Assembly: GCA_030390025.1 (NCBI GenBank)
Contig: CM059431.1
Coordinates: 140,928,001-140,992,000 of the forward strand
Direction of reading: 5' to 3'
DNA length: 64,000 bases
From: Squalus acanthias
Lineage: Eukaryota
The translations under genes and the position numbers were made by a program. The notes under the pieces were generated by a model. It did no database searches. It saw only the letters and a list, made by a program, of their open reading frames with translations, and had not been told where the DNA came from. Shown piece after piece: positions 31,311 through 44,990 of this stretch. Numbering within the stretch: the stretch's first letter is position 1; the number at the start of each line of letters is the position of its first letter.

Positions 31311-34300
31311 TGGCTGATCCTCCAATTCAGTATCCCGTCCCCGCCTTCTCTCCGTAACCCTTAACCCCTTTTGCCTGTAGAAATACATCTAATTCCCTCT
31401 TAAATATATTTAATGAGCTGGCGTACACTGCCCTCTGTGGCAATGAGTTCCACAGGTTCACCACCCTCTGAGTGAAGAAATTCCCCCTCATTTCTGTCCT
31501 AAATGGTTTAGCCCTTATCCTTAAATTATGTCCTCTAGTTCTGTTCTCACCCGCCAAGGGAAACATTCCTTCTGCATCTAGTCTGTCTAGACCTGTCAGA
31601 ATTTTACACACTTCTATGAGGTCCCCTCTCAATCTTCTAAACTCCAGTGTGTACATCCCTAAACTACATAGTCTCTCCTCATAGGTCAATCCCGCCATTC
31701 CTGGTATCAGCCTGGTGAATCGCCGCTGCACCCCCTCCATGGCAAGAACATCTTTCCTCAGATGAGGCGACCAAAACTGTACACAGTACTCGAGGTGTGG
31801 TCTCACCAGTGCCCTGTACAGCTGCAGCAAGGTATCCCTGTTCCTGTATTCCAACCCTTTTGCTATGAAGGCCAGCATACCGTTTGCCTTCTTGATCGCC
31901 TGTTGCACCTGCATGCTCGCCTTCAGTGACTGGTGTACAAGAACACCCAGGTCTCTCTGTACTTCCCCCTCTCCCAATTTATTGCCATTTAAATAATAAT
32001 TTGCCCTCCCGTTCCTGCACCCAAGGTGGATAACTTCGCACTTGTCCACATTATAGTGCATCTGCCATTTATCCGCCCAATCACCCAGTCTGTCCAAATC
32101 GCTCTGGAGCTTCCTGGTCTCCTCCTCTGAGCCCACCCCCCTCCTAGTTTAGTGTCGTCTGCAAATTTGGAAATGCTGCATCCGACTCCCTGATCCAGGT
32201 CATTAATGTAAATTGTGAACAGCTGGGGACCCAGGACAGATCCCTGTGGTACCCCACTTGTTACTGCCTGCCATTCAGAAAATGAGCCGTTTATTCCAAC
32301 TCTCTGTTTTCTATCTGACAGCCAGTTCTCTATCCACGTCAATACTTTCCCCTTTATCCCATGAGCTTCAATTTTCCCTGCTAATCTTTTATGTGGGACC
32401 TTATCGAAGGCCTTTTGGAAGTCCAGGTACACCACATCTACTGGCTCTCCCCCATCTATTTTACCAGTTACTCCCTCAAAAAATTCCAATAGATTAGTCA
32501 AGCACGATTTACCCTTTGTAAATCCATGTTGACTCTGTCCTATCCTGTCCCCATTTGCTAAGTGCTCCGCTATTTCATCCTTAATGATGGACTCCAGCAT
32601 TTTGCCCACAACTGATGTAAGGCTTACAGGTCTGTAATTACCTGCTTTTTCCCTACCCCCCTTTTTGAATAGTGGGGTAACGTTAGCTACCCTCCAATCC
32701 ATGGGCACTGTTCCCGAGTCTAATGAATTCTGAAAAATCATACTTAGTGCATCCGCTATCTCTAGGGCCACCTCTTTCAGTACCCTAGGATGCATGTTAT
32801 CAGGCCCTGGGGATTTGTCCGCCTTCAATCCCTTTAGCTTCCTTAACACCATATCCTTAGAGATATTGACTTGCGTCAGTTCCTCCTTTGCAAATGTCCC
32901 TATTTTTCCCGATATCCCAGGGAGGTTTTTTGTGTCTTCCTTCGTAAAGACTGACCCAAAGTATGCATTTAGTTGGTCTGCCATTTCCTTATTTCCCGTT
33001 ATATATTCCCCCGTATCTGACTGCAATGGGCCAACTTTGGTTTTCACCAGTCTTTTCCTCTTGATATACTTATAAAAGCTTTTGGAGTTAGTTTTTATAT
33101 TTTCCGCCAGCTTGCTTTCATAAGCTAATTTGCCCGTCTTGATTAAGCCCTTTGTCCTCCTTTGCTCTATCTTAAACTGTTCCCAATCTTCCGCTCTGGC
33201 GCTTTTTTTGGCTATTTTATACGCCCTATCTTTGGATTTTATGCTGTCTCTAATTTCCCCTGTTATCCACGGTTGAGTCACCTTTTTAGATTTTTTTTAT
33301 GCCAGATTGGTATAAACAATTTTTGCAATTTTGTCATTCTATCTTTAAATGCTTGCCATTGTTTATCTACCTCCAGTCCTCCCAGGAACGTTGTCCAATC
33401 AGACCTACTCAGTTCCCGTCTAATGGCATCATAATTCCCCTTGTTTAAATTCAGGACCTTAGTATCTGAGTCAATTTCTTCGCTCTCCATTTCGAGTGAG
33501 AAATCGATCATGTTATGATCGCTCTGACCTAAGGGTCCCCGTACAACAAGATTACTAATTAGTCCCTTCTCATTGCACAGTACCCAGTCCAATATAGCCT
33601 GTTCCCGAGTTGGTTCCTCGACATATTGATCCAGATAACCATCCCTTAAACACTCAAGGAATTCCTCCTCCTCATTATTTTTACTGATTAGGCTATTCCA
33701 ATCTATATGTAAGTTAAAGTCACCTATGATGACAGCTGTGCTCTTATTGCACGCTTCTCTAATTTCCCTCGTGATGCCCTCCCCAACCTCTATTTTACTA
33801 TTTGGAGGCCTATATACCACTCCTATTAATGTTTTTCGCCCCTCGCTATTTCTTAGCTCCACCCATATAGATTCTGTATTAACTGAGTTAATATCCTTCC
33901 TTTCAATTGCATTTATCCCTTCTTTTACCAGCAATGCTACCCCTCCTCCCTTTCTTTTTCGTCGATCCTTCCTAAATACTGAATACCCCTGTATGTTAAG
34001 CTCCCAGCCCTGCTCACCCTGCAACCATGTTTCCGTAATCCCAATTAGATCATAATTATTAACCTCTATTTCCACAGCTAATTCATCTACCTTGTTCCTG
34101 ATGCTTCTCGCATTAAGGTATAAAACCCTCAGGCTTTTTTTATGCTCACATTTTTTATGAATTAGTTTGGCCCTTTGTTTTTTGTTCCTCACTCTTTTAC
34201 CATTTATTTCTGTCTGCCTTTCACTTTCCTCTATTTCACTACATAGGTTTCTAGCCCCCTGCCATACTAGTTTAAATGCTCCCGAACTGCTTTATCAAAA

Positions 34301-35276
34301 ATTACCCCGAGAACATCAGTTCCATCTTTGCACAGGTGTAGACCGTCCCTTTTGTTTCGGTCACACCTACCACAAAACTGGTTCCAATGCCTCAAAAATT
34401 TAAAACCCTCCCTCTTACACCACTGCTCAAGCCACGTATTTAGCCTAACTATCCTGTTCTCTGTACTCTTACTAGCACGTGGCACTGGTAGTAATCCAGA
34501 GATTACTACCTTCGAGGTCCTACTTTTTAGCTTGGCTCCTAACTCCCTAAATTCTACTTGTAGGACCTCTTCCCTTTTTTTAGCTACGTCGTTGGTACCA
34601 ACATGTATCACGACAACTGGCTGTTCCCCCTCCCCCTCCAGAATGTTCTGCACCCGCGCCGAGACATCCTTGACCCTTGCACCAGGGAGGCAACATACCA
34701 TCCTGGAGTCTCGGTCGCGACCACAGAAACCCCTATCTATTCCCCTTACAATCGAATCCCCTATTACTATAGCCCTGCCACTCTTTTTCCCTCCCTTCTT
34801 TGCAACAGAGCCAGTCATGGTGCCATGAGCCTGGCTGCTGGTGCCTTCCCCCGATGAGTCATCCCCCCCGACAACAGCACCTAAGGCGGTGAACCTGTTG
34901 CTAAGGGAGACAACCCCAGGGGATTTCTGCACTACCTTCCTGCCCTTGCTCTGCCTTTTGGTCACCCATGTACTATCTACGCTGGCCTTAACCTGCGGTG
35001 TGACCAACTCACTAAATGTGTTATCCACAACCCTCTCAGAATCGTGGATGCTCCAAAGTGAGTCCATCCGCAGCTCAAGGGCCGTCATGCGGTCCCACAT
35101 GAGCTGCAGCTGGACACACTTCCCGCACACATGGTTGTCAGGGACACAGGAAGCGTCCCTGATTTCCCACATGTTACAGGAGGAGCTCTACTGCCATGAC
35201 TTAACCCTTATATTACTTTTTAATTTTCTAGTTTTAGTTTATTTATTGACTTTTGTTTTCCCGAAGCTTACTTAGA
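31311..35276 (-). mobile_element. Young CR1 LINE (ORF1 + ORF2) lacking its 3' tail, nested in another CR1
   Basis: ORF1 at 34267-35172. ORF2 in three overlapping ORFs broken only at homopolymers (33291-33298 and 32136-32141). Confidence 0.92.
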
Positions 35277-35982
35277 CCAGTCGCTGAAGGTAAGCATGCA
35301 GGTGCAGCAGGCGGTTAAGAAGGCAAATGGTATGTTGGCCTTCATAGCGAGAGGATTCGAGTACAGGAGCAAGGATGTCTTGCTGCAGTTTTACAGGGCC
35401 TTGGTGAGACCACACCTTGAGTATTGTGTGCAGTTTTGGTCGCCTTATCTGAGGAAGGATGTTCTTGCCATGGAGGGAGTGCAGCGAAAATTCACCAGAC
35501 TGATACCTGGGATGGCTGGAATGACGTATGAAGAGAGATTGGGTCGATTAGGCTTATATTCGCTAGAATTCAGAAGAATGAGAAGGGATCTCATTGAAAC
35601 TTATAAAATTCTAACAGCACTAGACAGACAAGATGCAGGAAGTATGTTGCCGATGGTGGCGGAGTCCAGAACTAGGGGTCACAGTCTAAGGATAAGGGGT
35701 AAGCCATTTAGAACTGAGATGAGGAGGAATTTCTTCACCCAGAGAGTGGTGAACCTATGGAATTCTCTACCACAGAAGGCAGTTGAGGCCAATTCATTAA
35801 ATATATTCAAGAAAGAGTTAGATATATTTCTTAAGGCTAAAGGGATCAAGGGATATGGGTAGAAAGCAGGGACAGGGTACTGAATTTGGATGATCTGCCA
35901 TGATCTCATTAAATGTCGGAGCAGGCTCTAGGGGCCGAATGGCCTACGCCTGCTCCTATCGTCTATGTTTCTATGTTTCTAT
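35277..35982 (+). mobile_element. 5'-truncated CR1, 3' part
   Basis: MQVQQAVKKANG...LVRPHLEYC. (TTTCTATG)n tail. Confidence 0.9.
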
Positions 35983-36483
35983 GTACTATTTATAGCCTTC
36001 ACCTAAGTAGTGATGACCGTGCTCCTCTTGTACTATTTATATCCAACACCTACAGTAGAGATGACAATGCTCCTCTTGTACTATTTATATCCAACACCTA
36101 CAGTAGAGATGACAATGCTCCTCCTGTACTATTTATATCCTACACCTACAGTAGAGATGACCATGCTCCTCCTGTACTATGTATATCCTACACCTACAGT
36201 AGTGATGACCGTGCTCCTCCTGCACTATTTACACCCTACACCTACAGTAGTGATGACCGTGCTCCTCCTGTACTATTTATATCCTACACCTACAGTAGGG
36301 ATGACCGTGCTCCTCCTGTACTATTTACACCCTACACCTACAGTAGAGATGACTGTACTCCTCCTGTACTATTTGTACCCTACACCTACAGTAGTGATGA
36401 CCGTGCTCCTCTTGTACTATTTATATCCTACACCTACAGTAGAGATGACCATGCTCCTCATGTACTATTTACACCCTACACCT
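35982..36483. repeat. 48-bp minisatellite, right half
   Basis: Same unit as 30575-31032, about 10 copies. Confidence 0.95.
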
Positions 36484-37285
36484 AGGTGTCTGGAACTCAC
36501 TGCCTGAAAGGGTGGTAGAGGCAGGAAAACTAAGTACCTTAAAAATTACTTGGATGTGCTCTTAGGATGCTCTAACCTGCAGGGCTACGGAACAAGAGAT
36601 GGGAAGTGGAATTAGGCTAGATAGCTCTTTGTTGACCGGCGCGGACACTATGGGCCGAAATGGCCTCCTTCCATGCTGTAAATTTCTATGATTCTACGCT
36701 TCTATGAACTCCCACTACAAATACACTGTGGTTCAGAGGCTGGACTCTGATTTTCATGTTATAAAAAGGAAATAGAGGCACTGAAAGAGATGAAGAAGGT
36801 ATTTATAAGTTTTATACCAGAAATGAGAGATTATACCTGTCAGGAAAGATTCAACAATCCGCAGCACTTTTCTCTAGAAAAGAGAGTACTGACGGGTGAC
36901 CTGATAGAAGTCTTTAAAATTATGAATGGGTTTGATAGGTTAAACGAAGAGAAGACATTCCCACTTGTGAGGAGAATAAAACTAGTTACTATGAATATAA
37001 GATAGACACTAATAAATCCAAGAAGGAGTCCAGGAGAAACTTATTCAACAAGAGAGTGGTTAGAATGTGGAATTCTGTAATACAAGGATTAGTTGTGGCA
37101 AGTGACGTCGCTACATTGAAGGGGAAGCTAGGTAAGTACATAAGAAAATAAAGGAATAAAAGGGTGTGCTGATAGATTCAGGTGAGTGAGGTGGGAGGAG
37201 GCTTGTGTGGAACATAAACACCGACATGGACCAGTCGGCCCGTATGGTCTGTTCCAGTGCTGTACATTCTATATAAATCTATATA
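36484..37285 (+). mobile_element. Two old CR1 3' fragments
   Basis: TGGAACTCACTGCCTGAAAGGGTGG...(TTCTATG) tail, then a decayed LEKRxLxGDLIEVFKIM fragment. Confidence 0.6.
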
Positions 37286-37975
37286 AATAATATCATAAAC
37301 AATCTTTGGAACAGGCTCCTTGGAAAGACCGTGGAATCAGTTAGAAATAACTAACTCAACTGAAAATTAGAGTGATTGCTCTCAGAAAGTAACATTTTGG
37401 GAAACGGTATATGAATAATTTGAGACATGACCTAAGTGTGCAAGCTTCGGATGAAATGGTGACTTTGAACCAGTGGTCCACACAGCGCTGCGTCACTTTG
37501 GTTTCACTCTTGGCTTTACTGGGTATGTTGTAGACTAATTGATAGAGATCGATTGCGATGATTAGTAAACAACTGTATTAATGTAACATGCGACTAGCAG
37601 GATGGTAGAAGGTGAACTAGATGAACTGTGGTCATTTTTCCTCCAGTAGTTCCTGTGTTTCTTTGTTCTTTGTCCCCTCGTATTTCTCATCTATATGCTG
37701 GTCTTCAGCGACATAATCACCAGTGAATGGAGTAGATTCCGATTTTCAAAAAGCATTCGATAAATTGCCACACTAAAGGTTATTACACAACATTTAGGCT
37801 CATGGGATTGGTGGTAACATATTAGCATAGGCTGAGGATTGGTTAACGGACATAAAATAGTGAATAGGAATAAACAGGTAATTGCGATTTAGCAAGCTGT
37901 AACTAGTCGGGTACCGCAAGGATCAGTGCTTGGGCATCAGGTAATTACAATCTATATTAATGACTTAGATTAAAG

Positions 37976-40900
37976 GACATAAGAACATAAGATCATAAGA
38001 ACATAAGAAATAGGAGCAGGAGTAGGCCAATCGGCCCCTCGAGCCTGCTCCGCCATTCAATGAGATCATGGCTGATCTGATCCAACCTCAACTCTAAAGA
38101 ACACAAGAAGCAGGAGCAGGACCCGGCCACTCAGCCCCTGGGCCCGCTCCGCCACCCACAGGGCCTTGACCGATCCGAACTCAAACTCATGTCCAACTTC
38201 CAGCCCGCTCCCCGTAACGCCTGATTCCCTTTACTTCTAGGAAACGGTCTATTTCTGTTTTAAATTTATTTAATGAAGTAGCTTCCACAGCTTCCTGGGG
38301 TAGCAAATTCCACAGACCCACTACCCTCTGAGTGAAAAAGTTTCTCCTTATCTCAGTTTTGAAAGAGCAGCCCCTTATTCTAAGATTATGTCCCCTAGTT
38401 CTAGTTTCACCCATCATTGGGAACATCCTCACCGCGTCCACCCGATCAAGCCCCTTCACAATCTTATATGTTTCAATAAGATCGCCTCTCATTCTTCTGA
38501 ACTCCAATGAGTAGAGTCCCAATCTACTCAACCTCTCCTCGTAGGTCCACCCCCTCATCCCCGGAATTAACCGAGTGAACCTTCTTTGTACTGCCTCGAG
38601 AGCAAGTATGTATTTTCTTAATTATGGACACCAAAACTGTATGCAGTACTCCAGGTGCGGTCTCACCAATACCCTATACAAATGCAGCAATACCTCGCTG
38701 TTTTTATATTCTATCCCCCTAGCAATAAAAGCCAACATTCCATTGGCTTTCTTGATCACCTGCTGCACCTGCATACTAACTTTTTGATTTTCTTGCACCA
38801 AGACCCCCAGATCCCTTTGTACTGCAGTACTTTCCAGTTTCTCGCCATTAACATAATAACTTGCTCTCTGATTTTTCCTGCCAAAGTGCATAACCTCACA
38901 TTTTCCAATATTGTATTGCATCTGTCAAATCTCTGCCCACTCACCCAGCCTGTCGATATCCCCTTGTAGGTTTTTTATGTCCTCCTCACTCTCTACTTTC
39001 CCTCCCATCTTTGTATCATCTGCAAACTTTGATATGTTACACTCGGTCCCCTCCTCCAAATCGTTAATATAGATTGTAAAGAGTTGGGGACCCAGCACCG
39101 ACCCCTGCGGAACACCACTGGCTACTGATTGCCAGTCCGAGAATGAACCATTTATCCCAACTCTCTGCTTCCTGTTAGATAACCAATCCTCCACCCATGC
39201 CAGAATATTACCCCCAATCCAGTGATTTTTTATCTTGAGTAATAATCTTTTATGTGGCACCTTGTCGAATACCTTCTGGAAGTCTAAATACACTACATCC
39301 ACTGGTTCCCCTTTATCCACCCTGTACGTTATGTCCTCAAAGAACTCGAGCAAATTTGTCAGACATGACTTCCCCTTCATAAAGCCATGCTGACTTTGTC
39401 CTATTAAATTATGTTTATCTAAATGTTCCGTTACTGTCTCCTTAATAATAGACTCCAAAATTTTACCCACCACAGATGTTAGGCTAACTGGTCTATAATT
39501 TCCAGCCTTCTGCCTACAACCCTTTTTAAATAAGGGTGTTACATTAGCAGTTTTCCAATCTGCCGGGACCTTTGCTGAGTTCAGGCAGTTTTGGAAAATT
39601 ATTACCAAAGCATCCACAATTCCTACTGCCACTTCCCTCAAGACCCTAGGATGTAAGCCATCAGGTCCAGGGGATTTATCTGCCTTGAGTCCCATTATTT
39701 TACTGAGTACCAATTCCTTAGTGATTTTAATCGTATTTAGCTCCTCCCCCACTAGAGCCCCCTGTTTGTCCAGTCTTGGGATATTCTTAGTGTCCTCTAC
39801 CGTAAAGACTGAAACAAAATATTTGTTCAGCATTTTTGCCATCTCCATGCTTCCCACCATTAATTTCCCGGTCTCATTCTCTAAGGGACCTACGTTTGCC
39901 TTAACCACCCTTTTTCTTTTTATATAACTATAGAAACTCTTGCTTTCTGTTTTTATATTTTTTGCTAATTTATTTTCATAGTCTATTTTCCCTTTCTTAA
40001 TCAATCCTTTAGATACTTTTTGTTGTCTTTTGAAGACTTCCCAATCTTCTTTCCTCCCACTAACTTTGGCTACCTTATATGTCCTTGTTTTTAGTTGGAT
40101 ACTTTCTTTAATTTCTTTACTTAGCCATGGATGGCTGTCATTTCTTTTACACCCTTTTTTCCTCAGTGGAATATATTTATTTTGAAAGTTGTAAAATAAC
40201 TCCTTGAATGAACACCACTGCTCATGTACCGTCTTACCCTTTAATCTATTTTCCCAGTCCACTTTAATCAATTCTGCTCTCATGCCATCATAGTCTCCTT
40301 TATTCAAGCTCAGTATGCTTGCTTGAGAACCAACCTTCTCACCCTCTAATTGGATATGGAATTCAACCATGTTATGGTCACTCATTCCAAGGGGATCCTT
40401 AACTAGGACATTATTAATTAATCCAGACTCATTACACAGTACCAGGTCCAAGGTTGCTTGCCCCCTTGTAGGATCAGTTACATACTGCTCAAGAAATCCA
40501 TCCTTAAGACACTCAATAAATTCTTCCTCAAGGCTGCTCTGCCCAATTTGATTTGTCCAGTTAATATGATAGTTAAAATCCCCCATAATTATAGCTGTTC
40601 CCTTATTACATGCCCCAACTATTTCCTGATTAATACTTCTTCCAACAGAGTTGCAACTATTAGGAGGCCTATATACTACGCCCACCAGTGTTTTTTTCCC
40701 CTTATTATTCCTAATCTCTACCCAAACTGTTTCATTATCCTGATCTTTTGAACCAATATAATTTATCTGTATTACTGTGATTCCTTCCTTTATTAACATA
40801 GCAACCCCCCCCCCCCCTCCCCTTCCTTCCTGCCTGTCCTTCCTGATTGTAAAATACCCTGGCATATTTAATTCCCAGACGTTGTCACCCTGCAGCCATG

Positions 40901-43290
40901 TTTCTGTAATGGCCACAAGATCATACCCATACATAGTTATTTCTGCCGTTAACTCGTCAATTTTGTTACGAATGCTACATGCATTCAGATAAAGAACTTT
41001 CAAATGTGTTTTGCGACACTTACTTCCTGCTTTTTCCTTATTTAACACTTTACCTTTTACTCCATACCTTCTGTCCCTTCCTGACATGCTTTCCTCTGTC
41101 TCCCTGCTCAGGTTCCCAACCCCCTGCCACATTAGTTTAAATCCTCCCCAACAGCACTAGCAAACACTCCCCCTAGGACAGCGGTCCCGGCCCTGCCCAG
41201 GTGCAGACCGTCCGGTTTGTACTGGTCCCACCTCCCCCAGAACCGGTTCCAATGTCCCAGGAATTTGAATCCCTCCCCCTTGCACCATTCCTCTAGCCAC
41301 GTATTCATCTGAAATATCCTCCTATTTCTACTCTGACTAGCACGTGGCACTGGTAGCAATCCGGAGATTACTACCTTTGAGGTCCTATTTTTTAATTAAC
41401 CTCCAAACTCCCTATATTCTGCTTTTAGGACCTCATCCCCTTTTTTACCTATATCGTTGGTGACTATGTGCACCTCGACAGCTGGCTGTTCGCCCTCCCC
41501 CTCCAAAATGTTCTGTAGCCGCTCCGAGACGTCCTTGACCCTTGCACCAGGGAGGCAACATACCATCCTGGAGTCTCGGTTGCGGCCGCAGAAACGCCTA
41601 TCTATTCCCCTTACAATTGAGTCCCCTATCACTATAGCTCTTCTGCTCTTTTTCCTCCCAGCCTGTGCAGCAGAGCCGCCCATGGTGCCAGGAAGTTGGC
41701 TGCTGCTGCCGTCCCCGAAGTCATTCCCCCCAACAGTATCCAAAGCGGTATATCTGTTTGAGAGGGAGACGGCCACAGGGAACCCCTGCACTACCTGCCT
41801 GCATCTCCTACTCTGCCTGGTGGTCACCCATTCCCTTCCTGCCTGTACACCCTTCACCTGCGGTTTGACCAACTCACTAAACGTGCTATCCACGAGGTTC
41901 TCAGCATCGCGAATGCTCCAATATGCATCCAGCCGCAGCTCCAGCGCCGCAATGCGGGCTGTCAGTAGCTGCAGCTGGATACACTTCCCGCACACATGGT
42001 CGTCAGCGACACCGGAAGGGTCCCTGATTTCCCACCTAGAGCAGGAGGAGCACAACACGGGGCTGGGCTGTCCTGCCATGACTTACCCTTTAATTAATTG
42101 AACTTTAATTAAATCAAATCAATACCACCAATTTCACTCAATTAAATGAATTACTCAAGGGCCCTTGGTTACTAGCACTAGAAATTATAATCACAAAATT
42201 AAGATCTTCGAAACTTTATAAACTATGGGGTAGAAATTAGGTCGCGCCCCATTTGAGGCGCAAATATCGTCTGGACGCAAATATTAGCGCCTTGCGCTAA
42301 TTATCGGCACTGACTGGAAACTTCACTTTTACCGCCCCGGGAGGTGAGTGGAGCGCTAAAGCAGGCGCTGCACACCTGTCTTAAGGCGCAAAGGCCAAGG
42401 AGTGAGGCGCTACCTCAGAGCGCTGGCGAAGCTCATGTAATGTCAGTCAGCAATGGAACACACACACAATGGCACGGGCCAGTTCTTAAAGGGGATGGTT
42501 AATCTTGCTTTCCATCCACATCCTGTTCATTGCAGACTTGAATCTCGGCCTGGAGAGACTTGCACATCAAATGTGCTGGAAAGAACAATGGAGAGTACCA
42601 GGCAAACAGCTCAGAGTGCAGCTCCCACAGTCTCTGCTAAATCGATACAAGGAATGGCAAATCAAAATGAACCTGCAAAGTGCTGCTCAGTACCCAAAAC
42701 TCCTTCACACAACGTTGAATCTCTCCAGAAGTCTCTCCCTCTTGCTCTCAGAATGCGTAGTTCAAAAATGCCACCAACAATAAAAGACAGGAAGAGGCCC
42801 CCTTTAAATAGCGCCCCCCCCCCCAGCCCCACAGCGATTGAGAGCGTTCCAGTCTTCTGGTCGTTGGATGCGCCAGGCGGTAAGGCAGGGGGCGCCACTC
42901 AATTTCCGCTCCGGGGCGCCACAAGGGCATTGCACCATGGAATGACGTCACAATCTGCACGCGCAGGTGGTCGCAGCGGTAAGTTTTAGAGCCGCCGCAC
43001 AATGTCAAGTTAAGTTCCCGAGCGGCGCAAACATCGCTGCGCCCGGGCGTTAGCGGCTTTGCGCCCCATTAGCGCCCTCTTAAGGCGCTAACGGGAGGCG
43101 CAACCAACTGAATTTTTACCCCATAGGGTATGAACCTTAACTATCAAACTATCTCGTAGTATAAATACTAACCTGCCGTACTCACCCAATCAGCCACTCC
43201 CTCCTGCCCACGTCACGTTTTGAATCGTAACGTGGCTCTGGAACGCTGCCGCCGGTCTGAGATTGGTAAACCTCTGCAAACAAAAGACCT
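37976..43290 (-). mobile_element. CR1 LINE, full length with a few stops. Its 5' UTR is split by a MITE and it is nested in an older + strand CR1 (about 37730-37975 and 43290-43945)
   Basis: ORF1 at 41132-42079 (one TAA). ORF2 at 38187-41132 (at least two in-frame stops). (AAGAACAT)n tail at about 37976-38010. Confidence 0.9.
42227..43122. mobile_element. Harbinger-like non-autonomous DNA element
   Basis: TIRs GGGGTAGAAATT / AATTTTTACCCC. GC-rich GGCGC subterminal motifs. TSD not clean. Confidence 0.6.
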
Positions 43291-43944
43291 ATTGGAATGT
43301 ATCCAAGTTTGTTAACGATAAAAAGCTAGGTGGGAAAATACGTTGTGAGGAGGACACAAAGAGACTGCAAAGGGATATAGACATTTTCAGTGACTGAGCA
43401 AGAATGTGGCAGATGGAATTTAACGTGGTGAAATGTAAAGTTATCCTCTTAGGTAGGAAACATAGAAGAACAGAATATTTTTAAATGGTGAGAGATTGGG
43501 AAACGTTGGTGTTCAGAGTGACATGGGTGTCTTGTACAGGAATCACAGAAAGTTAACATGCAGGTACAGCAATATATTAGGAAAGCAAATGTTATGTTCG
43601 CCTTTATTACAAAATAATTAGGGTATAAGAGTAAAGACGTCTTACTGCAATTATATAGGGCCTTGCTGAGACCACACCTGGAGTACTGTGTATAATTTTG
43701 TTCTCCTTTCGCAAGGGAGGTTATACTTGCCTTAGAGGGACTGTCACAGAGGCTCACTATACTGGTTCCTGGGATGGGTTTATTGTCTTATGAGGAAAGA
43801 TTGAGTACACTAGGCCTAAATTCTCTAGAGTTTAGAAAAATGAGAGGTGTTTTCACTGAAACGTTGAAAATTCTTAAGGTTCTTGACAGGGTAGATGCTG
43901 GGAAGATGTTTCCCTGGCTGTGGAGTCAGGAACTAGGGGTCAAA

Positions 43945-44990
43945 GTGTTGTGTGGCACTACCACCGTACTAAATGGGATAGATTCAGAACAGATCTAGCA
44001 GCCCAAAACTGGGCATCCATGAGGCGCTGTGGGCCATCAGCAGCAGCAGAATTGTATTCCAAAAAATCTGTAACCACATGGCCCGGCATATTCCTCACTC
44101 TACCATTGCCACCAAGCCAGGGGACAAACCCTGGTTCAACAAGGAGTGTAGAAGAGCATGCCAGGAGCAGCATCAAGCGTACCTAAAAAGGAGGTGCCTA
44201 CTGGGGAAGCTGCAACACAGGACTACATGCATGCTAAAAAGCGGAAGCAGCATGCTATAGACAGGGCTAAGCGATCCCACAATCAACGGATCAGATCAAA
44301 GCACTGCAGTCCTGCAACATCCAGTCGTGAATGATGTTGGACCATTAAACAACTAACAGGAGGAGGAGGCTCCAAGAATATCCCCATCATCAATGATGGC
44401 GGAGCCCAGCACGTGAGTGCAAAAGACAAGGCTGAAGCGTTTGCAACCAACTTCAGCCAGATGTGCCGAGTGGATGATCCATATCGGGCTCCTCCCGAAT
44501 TCCCCACCATCACAAAAGCCATTCTTCAGCCAATTCGATTCACTCCACGTGATATCAAGAAATGGCTGAGCGGACTGGATATAGCAAAGGCTATGGGCCC
44601 CGACAACATGCGGGCTATCGTGCTGAAGATTTGTGCTTCAGAACTAGCCGAGCCTCTAGCCAAGGTGTTCCAGTACAGCTACAACAAAGGCATCTATCCG
44701 ACAATGTGGAAAACTGCCCAGGTATGACCTGTCCATAAAAAAACTGGACAAATCCAACCCGGTCAATTACTGCCCCATTAGTCTACTCTCAATCATCAGC
44801 AAAGTGATGGAGGGTGTCAATGATCAGATCAAAGCTCCGGTACACCATTGGTGAAGGGAGTGAATGTTTAACGTGGTAGGATGGGGTGCCAATCAAGCAC
44901 GCTGCTTTGTCCTGGATGTTCTCGAGCTTATTGAGAGTTGTTGGAGCTGCACTCATCCAGGCAAGTGGAGAGTATTCATTCACACTCCTG
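43945..44990 (+). mobile_element. Fragment of a second CR1-clade LINE lineage (about 44835-44990 inverted)
   Basis: KPGDKPWFN, KAMGPDN and YPTMWK.A.V.PVHK motifs. Confidence 0.7.

Noticed and set aside
42453..42989. 178-aa ORF inside the TIR element
   Set aside because: No recognisable transposase or Myb/SANT motifs. Likely a chance ORF.
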